From Penicillus capitatus (lineage: Eukaryota > Plantae > Chlorophyta): 64,000 nt of DNA. Positions within the stretch are counted from its first letter, which is position 1, and each line of letters begins with the position of its first letter. Below the pieces are notes generated by a model. That model was not told the DNA's origin, did no database searches, and saw only the letters and a list, made by a program, of their open reading frames with translations. Positions 11,713 through 22,698 of this stretch are shown in pieces. A program made the translations under genes and the position numbers. The stretch is from NCBI GenBank assembly GCA_965649825.1, contig OZ287699.1, forward strand, positions 898,477 through 962,476. The letters run 5' to 3'.

Positions 11713-13185
11713 ATGCCGAAGCTCGCGGCGGAGTCGGAAGACCAACAAAAAAGAGGAAGTATGGACGTTCTCTACAATTCAGACGAATTCCGGATGTATT
11801 GTTTCAAAGTACGTCTGGCAGGCAGCTCGCCCTCATTGGATAAACGTGTGGCGGGAGGTTAGGTTCTGCCGTGTTCGAAGCACTATAGTCATGACTGGAC
11901 GATCTGTCCCTTCGCGCACCCCGGAGAAAAGGCCAGACGCCGAGACCCACGCGTTTTTAAGTACGCCGGCGTCGAATGCCCTCATGTGAAAGAAGTGCGA
12001 TACGATGCGATGATTGATGGCGACGAACTTCGCTAATAGGTTTTGTGTAGGGATTGAAGTGTCCACGTGGAGACCTGTGCCCTTTTGCGCACAACATCTT
12101 CGAATGCTGGCTGCATCCAACACGGTAGGACCCTCTCCAATGCTGTCTAGAGAATCCTGACTCCGATTGACTGCGCATTCAGCTATCGCACACAGTTGTG
12201 CAATGAACCTGCATCCTGCAAGAGGAAGGTATGTTTCTTTGCGCATGCCCTGGAAGAGCTCCGTGAGCCTTGCAATCCGGTGGATAACATTCCAGAAGGC
12301 GGCATTGGCTCCGGCACAGCGCCACTGATGTCGTTGGATGGTTTGGGAAATTCTGGAGCGTTTGCAGCAGGAATGTTGCCCCCACAGCGACAGTCCATCG
12401 ATGTTGGTTCTTTGCATCAAATGGGAATGGGAACGTCGAGTCCATTGAACTTACATGAATTGGTCACGGGTATGCATGGACTTGGCATGCAGCATCCTGT
12501 GCAGCAGCAAAATCAGCAGTTGACGAATCTGCTGATAAACCTGCTTGCAGAGATCGATCTGAATGGACAGCGACAAGCACTTCTGAAGTCCCATCAGCAG
12601 CAGCAGCAGCAGCAGCAGTTTCATTCAGATCCGGCTTTTTTCTCACATACGTTGGGAGGACTACCCAGATGGTCCACAGATAGCGCAATGCTGTCAACAG
12701 CTAAGTTTCCGTCGTTTTCTGGAAACAACTTTCAAGCACCGTCAATGGTTTCAGGCGTTATGCCAGGTCTGAGCAGGACACAGGATACTATGTTCAATAA
12801 CAGGAGCGCATCTATGGAAAGCAGTATCCATGATGCTATGACTCAGGGAATGCAATGCCACGGCAGGGTGTCAATTGACAACTCTGCACTATCAAGAGCC
12901 GCCGCCATCTCAGCACCCCACCACCACAAACACCATCATCCACCATCCACATTCCGTCAGGCGGCAAACGTGAACAAAAGGGATTCTATGAAACTCAATT
13001 TCAGGAGCATCGAAGAAGACCATCCCGTCCGCTCCTCAGAAGAAGAATCCTCGGCATTGTCTAGTGCTGGCCTGTCCGCCGACAGTTCCGGGGCAGAGAA
13101 CTATCCAATGAGCTATCCGCTTGAAGACACAGATGGTCGTCCTTCGTTGGACTGCACGCTTCCTGAATCTTTTATCCTTTTCTAG
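11713..13185 (+). CDS. Plant-type tandem CCCH zinc-finger (TZF/RR-TZF) RNA-binding protein
   Basis: [10 protein letters not shown]|[50 protein letters not shown] and [21 protein letters not shown]; Q/H-rich tail. Confidence 0.92.
12595..12618 (+). repeat. (CAG)8 encoding polyglutamine in the CCCH protein
   Basis: Eight perfect CAG codons. Confidence 0.95.
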
Positions 13186-15032
13186 TTGCTTGCTCATCCT
13201 TTGCACTGTGTTTATATTACGTGTCGGAATTACTTTGTTGTGTGTTACTAAGTATCCTAATCTTTTCCCTTGATCCGCTCCGTTTTTGTGGGGGATGCTC
13301 AAAAGGAGCAGCGTGTTAAACAAACCACTCGCCTGTGCAGAAGCTATGATCGGTTACATCACTTGACTTGTGTCTTTTGAAGTTTATCTTTCATGTTCTT
13401 CTATCTTTTCAATTCTCAACGGGCTTTGTTCAGTGCACCTGGGATCGATCTTTGACCAACTCCACAGGGACAGGGAGTTTGGATTGCCCTCATGACCATG
13501 GTGTCACAGGTGGTGGTCTGGTAACGTTGTTGTTGTTATCGTCATGGCGGTGGTGGCAGTGGTGGTTCCATATCTACGACGTTCCTTTGTTTCTGTTTTT
13601 TGTCGACTCTGACGAACATGACCAAAGAAGAAATGGAAATGCCCTTATCAGTTTTGGATTTCTGTTCGCTTTTCCAATTCTAACGATGCTGCAGCAGAGT
13701 TTGATATCACGCCGCCGCATGTGCCCTGAAGTCGAGTTTTATTTTAGCCGCTCTTCGTCCTCATGGTCTCCGACGCCGTTTGCTATCTGGAAAATGAAGG
13801 ATGTCACTCGGGTTTCTCTGTGGGCAACACAAAAAGAGCATTCTTCATTTTTCCGTGTCCAGAGGCCTATGACGTCCTCTGCACGGCCATTATCAAGTAT
13901 GCATGGGATAGATCCGAACAACTTCCAATGTGTACATCTATTCAGCACGGATGTGTGTCATTGGTAGGCGTTCTTCCATGTATTGCGTCCGTTCTTGTCA
14001 TTTGGAAGCAGATCTGTGTTCGCTGAAGTAAATATCCTCATGAATGCGAAGAATGCTATCCGATCGAACTGATGATTGATTGATTAATGTATCGGTGTCC
14101 ATTTCGTATTTCTGCCCAAAGTTCTTCAAGCTTTAGAAGCCATGCCTGCGAATTCTTGTTTGGATGTTTCTTTCCGATGATGTCTGTCAAACATTCTCAC
14201 CGAGAAGGTCTAAGGCATGCACTGTTTCCTGCTTCCTCTGACAATTGTTCATTCTAAGGGTTCGGTCATCCATCCTTCCCTCTAGCAAAGGGATGTCATC
14301 TGGATTGATCATTGTTATTGTTCGTTCGTTCGTTGTTCTGGTTGTTTGTCGGTTAAGTGTGTGGTGTGAGGTGCATCCGAATCAAATTCTGGACGTCTCA
14401 CCATCGATTTTTCATTTAGAAGACTACTACTGTCTTTGGCCGAACACGCCTTAGCCATGTTATAAACCCTTCATGTGTTACTGTCAGTACGCACGCACAT
14501 GTGGGCATTCTTGAAGACATACTCCTCCTATGCTGCCATGCTTCGGTGACGTGTGTGTTATGGATCTGGACTTGTCCTTGATCAAGGCAGTATTCTTTTA
14601 TTTTTTAGAGGTATCTGTCTGCTGGATGGCTTTGTTTCTGGGAAAAGAAAGCATTCAGTTCGTGTGTGCGGAAGGTGGCGACCGAAATAATTCAAATCCA
14701 GAAGGAAAGGACACCCCTGTCTTTTCCATTCGACATAGTGTGGGGGTTGGGTACATATCTGACTGACTGTAGGACAGATCGACCGATAGAAGTCTCTGTC
14801 TGTCGTTCTGCCCGTTAACTGATACGTCAATGAATGGTTTGCTATTTTGTATGACGATTCAATTCTATCTGTCTTTCTGAGATCTGATAATCTTTAAGCA
14901 TGCGTGGCTGTTTTGAGGCTGTTTTGGTGCGTTCCGATACTGTGCGAAGGGTGCCAGGATTCCTCTCTCGTCGCCTTCTGCCCCATTCAATCATCCTGGA
15001 TGATAACGTGGCGACGAAGAGACAGGAACCAG

Positions 15033-16112
15033 TCAACTGAGACACACCCAGGCGGTTCGACTGCATCGACAAACATTGTTTTGACCATTGAGTTTTTCGC
15101 ATTTGTTAAGATCGATTAGTTTCCCTCGCAACGTCCCCCACTTCTTCACTGGCTCGGCACTTAATCATGGCATCAATCAGATCCGCCTTGCGCAGTCTAG
15201 AGACGCGGCGGATGTCAAAGTCACGACACAACTGCCGCAAATCATCCATCTTCATCCGCACATAGAGACAGGCAGGTCGTCATTTCATCGATCGATCTTC
15301 CTCATCCGAGACAGACCTTCAGCTGCACCAATTCTTCGTACGACCAACGAGGAAGGGCATGATGGTCGTTGTGTGGGGCAGCGATCTCCACTTCGACCTC
15401 CTCTGACTGAAGGATGACATGATGCCGAGATGTTGAACACACTTTCGTAGCAGGCCGCCTCACTTGCTTCGCAGATCTCGTCATCCGTCCTCTTGCCTCA
15501 TTATAGGACGCCAAGGCAACTCCATCCTCTTCCGCCAATTCCTGCTCGACAGGTGACTCCACATCTCGATCTTCTGCGGGAACACATCTCACATTGTTGT
15601 TATTATTATTATTAAGAGCCTCTCTAAAGAAGCGCCTTTTGCAGATGGTTTGTCATTTAGGTGCGTTGTCGGCTGCATCGATGTGGACTCTTCGAGAACT
15701 TCTTTCTTTGATTTCTGAGGCATCTCTGTCTCGCTCTCTCCAAACATGAACAGAATGCTCCCATCACTCAAAACTGATTTCAGTCACGAATGTCTGTCAT
15801 TGAATGCGTTGGATCAGATAGCGCACCTTTCCTTCGGGGATATGTTCTTTCGGACTCTCCCTCTGTCTCCCCTCCATCCGAACATCTCACGCGGCAGTTA
15901 AAGCGTTCTCGCCAAGGCCGACGACGAGGGACGACATCCCGTGTCCTGCATTGCCGGCGAGATGCCAGATGACATTGCGTTTTGTTCGGGATGGATGATC
16001 GTGCTTCCTGTGCGTAGAGCATGAATGGTCTCGTCCTGTCCCGTCGATACACAGGGACGATCCGATTAACGCCGAAACGACACGTGGGAATGGATGTCTT
16101 GATCACATTCAT
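15033..16112 (-). CDS. Plastid-type Rho termination factor N-terminal domain (Rho_N/RHON1-like) protein; 3' end uncertain
   Basis: Arg/Ser-rich transit-like N-terminus; spliced WSYEELVQLK|MDDLRQLCRDFDIRRVSRLRKADLIDAM matches the Rho_N helix-turn-helix pattern. Confidence 0.65.
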
Positions 16113-16135
16113 CGCGACGATTGCGTGGGTCTACC

Positions 16136-17363
16136 ATGATGCCATCCTCTCCGCGAAACCCGCCAGCGGGATTCATTTTTGGATGCACGCAGCAGACGGA
16201 AGAGGAATGCCGTCGACGGAAACTCTTTGGATTGCCCGAGAATCACGTTAACGCCGTCCGATCGATCCTCCCCGACACTCCATTGTTCCTCTACAATTAC
16301 GATTTGCGCGTGTGCCCTTGACTGATCTGCGAAGGGGTATAATGTATGGCGACAGGTTATGTATGGTGTTTTTCGGTCGAGCAGTCAAGGAGGCTGGAAT
16401 CTGGAGCCAACGGCATGGGAGGGGCACTTTCCAGCCCAAATATACGTCCAGGACATCAGGGAGACGCCAAGACCAGGAGAAGGCATTCCTTACCATGCCT
16501 TCAGCCATGCCATCGCCGAGAACTTTTTCACGCAGAATCATTTTTCCTATTCCCTGACTGCCGCACAAGTTCATCGTCTCAGTGCTCTATTCGACGAGAG
16601 ATTGAGATTCCAGACAGTACCACCAGCTGTCACATCAAGTCCTGGGAGACGAGGTGGACGTGGTGGTCGTCGTGGAGGGCGAGGAATCATGAAGCCTCAT
16701 GCCACACCCAGAAGACAACCTCGACAGAGACAGCCACGTGTTCTCGAACTGTTGCCTGGACAATCGCCTCCTGTCCCGAACGAGTCAAGGAGATATTTTG
16801 GAGGCTATAGTGGTTACCGTGTGATTGTGAGCAATCAACATCCTATGACACATTGCTGTCCTCCAGATCAGGATCGCCTCAGCTCAGTGTCGACAGGAAT
16901 GCTGTCGGAAGATGGTATGGATTGTGAGTTTGTTGGTTCGGTATCTCCGATGGAGGATATGTCGCATGCTGCACAACCATCTTCCCCCTTCCATCCCAAA
17001 CATCCGGGACGCATGCTGACGCCTCCGGTAGAGACATCCCCGGTGTTTGCACAGACGGCAGTTCTCATGAACCAGCCGCAAAATATGGCGGCAGTCCCAA
17101 AAGCAAGGCAAGTAAAGAGAAAAGCACCTGAGGAGCAATGGATGCTGGGAGAAGTCACGTGGCCAAGCATGCAGGAATTCCTGAAATTCATCTGCGGGAA
17201 CGATCGACTGCCCACTAACCGCATCGACCCATCGCCAGTTTCCGACGCTTTGCCAGCTCAAGAATCTCAGAAGCTTTCGAGGACGATGCAGCAGAACGCA
17301 ACAGTTGAACATGCATCCGAGGTGAAACAGATGCCGTTGAACAGCAACAAAACTAGGGTTTGA
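16136..17363 (+). CDS. DCD (development and cell death) domain protein with RGG box
   Basis: AGFIFGCTQQTEEECRRRKLFGLP...TPLFLYNYDLR|VMYGVFRSSSQGGWNLEPTAWEGHFPAQI; GRRGGRGGRRGGRG at about 16644-16685. Confidence 0.85.
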
Positions 17364-18107
17364 ACGCGCATGGCTGTAGACTGACATCAGCACGCCCGTT
17401 CCCGATGGACAGAGCGAGATCTCAGATCTAGGGCAGTCGGAGATCGATGGGAATGGCATCTCACCCGTGAATGCGGCAACCGACATTCCTGTGACACGCG
17501 AATTCGGAACCGCACCATCAGAGGTGAACAACACATTCGTGTGCCTGCTTTCGCGTGACTGACTGTATATATACATAGGACGTATTCCAGGCGCCAGGTC
17601 CCGTTGTGCCGTGGGAACAAAGTCTGGCACGGCAGATATCTGATGTGAGCCAAACCTGATGTGTGACGCTTTGCCTTCACGTGTTGTGCTGTAGTCCTTC
17701 CAGTCCATAGGGTACAATGCAGTGATCGAAAGTGCGCCGCCGGAACATCGTATCCCTGGCATCCATCAGCAACAAATGCGAGTGGCATTGTACCCAACAG
17801 AAGACTGGCATTCGTAGCATCCATTCATGAAGTGCTGCACGGTGATCGTCATTGGCATATCCGTTCTCGATGAAAGCTCAGGGGATTGGAGAGCTGTAAG
17901 ATGTGTATCCAGGATTGCCATTCTTAAGTACACACGTTTGTATACGCTCTATCCAATACAACGAAACGGGCGCCGTCGTTTATTTGCCTTACGTGTGAGA
18001 AAAGGACCCTTCGTGCTGCAAGAAGGCTGTTTCAATTATGGATGCACGTTCTTTGAACGGAGTTTTGATCTTTGCTGTTCTGTTGCTGCGATGCCTGAGG
18101 ACGATTT

Positions 18108-20144
18108 CTAATGTCTTGTTGTGTGTGATGCTGATGAGGGTTGCCTTTTCGGTTCGTCGCGAAGAGAAAGATGCATACGACATCCGGAGGGCGAATCGCT
18201 AAACGCGAAGTGGTCCGTCGCATCGTCGAGGATAGCTATCTACGCAACGCGACGGAAGAGATTCCATCCGCATCGACCCGTCCGTTGTGCACGAACCATT
18301 CGGTCAACTATTTCCAAGAATAAGTTGAGATTCCATAAGGTCGTGCGAGTGTTGCATAACAATTCAATGCTGTCACGTGAACAAGAGCACAGAACTGCAA
18401 AGTGATGATCATCACTAAAGTAATCGCCAATGGCAACATGTGTTCGGATCCGGTTAGACTCGACATTCAGGCACCGGATGCTGGCGTCTGCTGGAGCAGC
18501 AAGAAAACCTAACACAAAAGGCAGGGCGTTATTTTATAGCGTATTCACGTCGATAGCCGACCGTGATGAACGTGTTTGTTGTGCCGAGGATGGACTTGAT
18601 GTTTCTCATATTCTTCTTCTCTTTGCTAGATACAAGTCACCACTATACTCGACGTTCTGTCGCCTCTTACGAAGATCTTACTAGAGCATATACTGGCATC
18701 TCCTTTTTCGCAAATAGAACTCCACGACATACTGAACAATGACCCAGATCACCAATTCCGCTGCTGTAAAGCTGATTGCTTCCAGAAAGAGATGCGATGC
18801 GATGTCATGGATGAACGGGAAGGATGACTTCCGAGAACTCGGTCCATAACGAATGATGAGCGATAGGATGATGAAGGTGCTCTTGGCAGAGACCTCGCAA
18901 TAGCACTTGATGAGCAGAGGCTTCAGTTTTAGAGGATCCTGTCAGAGAAGCACCCTTCTCTCCATCTGCACGACATGTCACATCGTGTGATGATACCTTG
19001 ACCCATTTGATAAAGGATTCTAGACTGAAATCGTCGTTGCTATCATTTTGACCTGCCCTCTGATGGTGTTTCAGCAATTGTCTGTTCTTCTTCTTCAGAA
19101 AGGCGGCGAACGGGCCAGAGACGAACAGGCAGAACATGTCTGTCATGTTGATCAAGACAAAAATGAACAAGGGATTGACCTTCGCCTGAATTCCGAGGAA
19201 GACGATCATCTACACCGTGCTAACATAAGAACCGAGAAGAGAGGTACGCCGGCGGTGAACTTGGAAGACGGACGAGACGAATGTGAAGAAAGCTTCGACG
19301 ACAGACACTGTCTTGCGATTGAATGCTTCGGCCAGTCTGGCACAGTCCTCTGTACTTCTGGTCACCAGAATCGGGTAGAGAAAAGAGAGGGTGATGAGCG
19401 ATAGAGCATCTCTTTGCCCAAAGTTCGTGACCAGCAATCGGTTGACAATAAACACCAGGATCTACACAACAGCAACGCCAGATCGAACGCGACTGATGCC
19501 CATAGTCCGTTTACGAGAAAGTTTATGATGATTAGGGAGTTGGAGATATCTTTCCGGAAAGTTTTCATCTTTGATTTAAGCTTGTGTGGCACATGGGGGT
19601 AGGACATGACAAAGACCTGCACCACAGAGCGATGTCACGGCAAAGATGCCGAGAGAAACGCGTACGGCGGCCGTGATAATGAGCATCACACAGACTGGAG
19701 TGTTGTAGAAGGGAAACGTCACTGTCGTGAGTCCCTTGAATGTCGCGAAGGCCAACACAGGGATGCATATGGCGACACATATGTAGCTCAGGATACTCAT
19801 ATGAATATAGAAGTAGAATCCCAGCCATGCGTTCAGGAAGAGACCTATGCTCGACTTCCGGCATCACTGGAGAGGTAGAGGTGATGGATACCGGAGACGA
19901 GGCCGAGCATGGGCATTCCCACGTAGGCGTAGAGGCGGTGTTGTGAAACAGACAGTTCCACGTCGCTTTCAAAAGGTATGAGACAGATAGGAAGGCCGAT
20001 GAATAACGGAAGCAGTGTCATCCACAGCAGGACGACGACGTCAATCTGTAGCGATTTCTTCCAAGGATAAACGAAGAAGGGACGACTCTTGCCCAGAATA
20101 GCACTACGGACTTTTGCCCATCCTCTTTTGCCTTTGGTATTCAT
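18108..20144 (-). CDS. Uncharacterised multi-pass membrane protein; 3' end uncertain
   Basis: Six or more hydrophobic segments across spliced exons (IDVVVLLWMTLLPLFIGLPICLI; ILSYICVAICIPVLAFA; LIIINFLVNGLWASVAF; PLFIFVLINMTDMFCLF; TFIILSLIIRYG; AAELVIWVIVQYVVEF). Confidence 0.6.
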
Positions 20145-20224
20145 GCTGCTTGACTGTCGACTCTTCGCTCGGAGTTCCTAGGAAAGGAGAAATCGCCGAT
20201 GAGCAGCGTTGTTGAGGTTATGCC

Positions 20225-21304
20225 ATGTCTCCTTCGTCGACGATGGGTGCGCTCAACGCCATGTTTCGGCAGATCAATGCAAAATCGGCTGTCGACTTCT
20301 TTACGGAGGACCGATCTCCACTCGGAGCCTCTGAGTTACGACATAGAAGCTCGTGAGATAGATGCGAGATATTCAGCGATTCGAAGAAAGCTTGACGCAG
20401 ACAGGGAAAGCGACTTCTTGGAGGAGGATCCACAATAGCAAAGATCTGGTCCATGTTGCGCAGGACATGTTTGCTGTTGAAGAGCACCACTTTCTCATTC
20501 TCGTACACAAATATCTCGAGAACTGTTCGACGCAAAACACTCCCGGCTTCATTTCTAAACCTCACGCGTCGAGTGAGAGAGATCGCGTGATGCGAGTGTG
20601 GACCGTAGGTCGGCGAGAGATGAAGCCATCGGTATCGTCATCATACGTCTTCCCTCTCCATAGCTGTAGACATCTTTCGTTCGTCGATTTCGATAGGCGG
20701 TGGAAACAATCAGACGGATATTTTTCGCCGGCGCTTTGACGGAAGGCGGCGCGGCTTTGAGATCTCTTTTGGTGCTGCTTGTAGCGATTGCAATTCCAGA
20801 AGGTGCCTACTCGGACACACTGTCGCGGCGTCAATGGCATCGACGCATTACCCTCTTCCTGCCAGGCGCTCCGTCGGTAGCCGATCTCTGTCTGGAGGCT
20901 GTCCTTGTCGCCGAGACCAATCCTACGAAACAATGCGGCAACTGAGCTGTCCTCAAGGTGTACGCGAGGTGCTTGCTATTTCCACGGACTCTTGTATTCG
21001 GCGAGGCCTTTTTGGGTAGGGATGCATCATGCTCCTCGATGACGATGCTGCGGAAGAGGCAAACGCACACCACCACTTACGCTCCTGCTTCGTCATATGC
21101 GATCGCTCACTCCTTCAGTGCGACTTGTGGCGGCGACGCTCGATCGTTTTCCATTTAGCAAAGCCGTTACAACCTTGGTCCCAAAAGAGGCACCGAATCT
21201 CGCGCAATAATGTTTCTAGGCCTTATACGCCGATGTTCGCAGCGCGTGAATGCGCCTCGGTGTTCACGATTCATACGTCGTCGTCAGTCGAGATGTTGCG
21301 GTAG
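20225..21304 (+). CDS. Hypothetical protein, multi-exon; exon junctions tentative
   Basis: Successive open frames linked by plausible short introns (MSPSSTMGALNAMFRQ...; GKATSWRRIHNSKDLVHVAQD...; GCIMLLDDDAAEEA...; PYTPMFAARECASVF...*); no family recognised. Confidence 0.35.
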
Positions 21305-22371
21305 CGCAAGATAAGAGGCCTGCCCATTCCCTCGAATTCAATTCTGGAGACTTTGTCGAGATCTCGAAGGGTCTCGTAGTATGCTCTACTGCTCCCTTCG
21401 GCGCTATTCGCGTCCATTGGACAGACATCGAGAGAAGCGAAGGCAAAAGCAGGAGGAACAGCGCCCGTCTCATTGATACGCGTCCAAGTACCTCTCCAGG
21501 CGACGTCATTTCTTGGCACTTCATGTGGCCTCGCCTGTCGGGGTCGCTTGCGCGATTCTGATTTCGCCCACGAGTGTGCTGGACTGGTGGCATCGCTGCC
21601 TGTTATCATACCATAGCTTTCAGCTTGATGCACAAAGAGCGTCCCGGTGCTTTTGTTTTCCAGAACAGGAAACTCGCTCTCCAAGTGGTTCTGAATCAAC
21701 GACAGCGACTGCATCGCGGAGCGCTCCTCTTCTGTAAAGATATCGAGTCCTGGAGGCAACAGATCAAACACGACTGGATGCGCGTATTCGATCTCTCGCA
21801 CTGCAAGCACTTGCGAAAAACTGGTGCTGTTGGGGAAATCGATCAGAACGAGACAGCCATTCGGACGCAGGTAGTGTATCGATTCCTGCCAGACCAGGTT
21901 TCGTTGTCCTGGGTGCCCGACGAGCATCATGTCTAGACCCTGATTCATCGATCCTAGTTCTCTTTGGTGGTCTGCCGCCGAGAGCAGATTCAGAATCCAG
22001 CCGCTCTCTCGGAGCGAATCGGCGACGGTGTGTATGACATCTCCAGGTGTCAGATCGTCAATGCTGCAGGTAATTTGGCAGTTGAAGTGATTGGCCTCGG
22101 CGAGCCAGACCAAGAGGCCCATTAAACAGGCGGCAGGACATGCGCCTCCGACAGTGATGTGTAACTGGCGCTGGCCGTCAATGCCTTCGTACACTTCTGG
22201 CCAGGTTTTTCTATTCAGTCGTTTTTGTAGAATCCATTCGATACTCCGTGTTTGGGAGAGAAAGTAGCGCCAGACAGTAGAGAATGTATCATCGGATGCG
22301 TTAGTGTTCTTCAATGTCTGGAGCAGCTTTTCGACGAATGGTACAACTTCGTCGGCATTCTCTTCCATCAT
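21271..22371 (-). CDS. Intronless protein with a divergent class I SAM-methyltransferase-like region
   Basis: 366-aa ORF; LHITVGGACPAAC (motif-I-like), LDMMLVG and ESIHYLRPNGCLVLIDF (resembles LKPGGxLVLxD). Confidence 0.45.
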   Translation of the reverse strand: MMEENADEVVPFVEKLLQTLKNTNASDDTFSTVWRYFLSQTRSIEWILQKRLNRKTWPEVYEGIDGQRQLHITVGGACPAACLMGLLVWLAEANHFNCQITCSIDDLTPGDVIHTVADSLRESGWILNLLSAADHQRELGSMNQGLDMMLVGHPGQRNLVWQESIHYLRPNGCLVLIDFPNSTSFSQVLAVREIEYAHPVVFDLLPPGLDIFTEEERSAMQSLSLIQNHLESEFPVLENKSTGTLFVHQAESYGMITGSDATSPAHSWAKSESRKRPRQARPHEVPRNDVAWRGTWTRINETGAVPPAFAFASLDVCPMDANSAEGSSRAYYETLRDLDKVSRIEFEGMGRPLILRYRNISTDDDV

Positions 22372-22698
22372 TCGACGTCACGTCGATCTCGGGCGTGGAT
22401 TACCATTTTCTAACGTCTGCGATCGGGAATTTAAATGTGTAAATGGCGCCGATGTGTCTCATCGGCCTACTTGCCCCAATACAGTCAATACGCATGTTCT
22501 TAGAAACCTGCATGATGACAATTGATTGAGGGAAAAGGCGTTCAAGTGTAAAGCAAAATGAAACAGCATGGTAAAGGGTGAAATTGAACAAACAGACTTA
22601 TGAACAAATCATAAACCTGGAAGCCAAAAACGAACAGCATGCTTCAGGGGATTGAATCATATAGAATGTGATGTTCTTGATGAGCACCGGTGCTTCAG

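Noticed and set aside
16868-17224. Numerous 60-150 aa antisense or shifted ORFs overlapping identified genes throughout the window
   Set aside because: They are shadow ORFs typical of ~50% GC coding DNA, with no motifs and with the opposite or alternate frame already explained.
11713-17363. Functional cluster of RNA-binding genes (CCCH, Rho_N, DCD-RGG)
   Set aside because: Different predicted compartments and a common functional class; adjacency alone is not evidence.
17350-17365. Telomere-like TAGGGTTT / telo-box (also TTAGGG at about 923)
   Set aside because: Single copies, one inside a CDS end; expected by chance.
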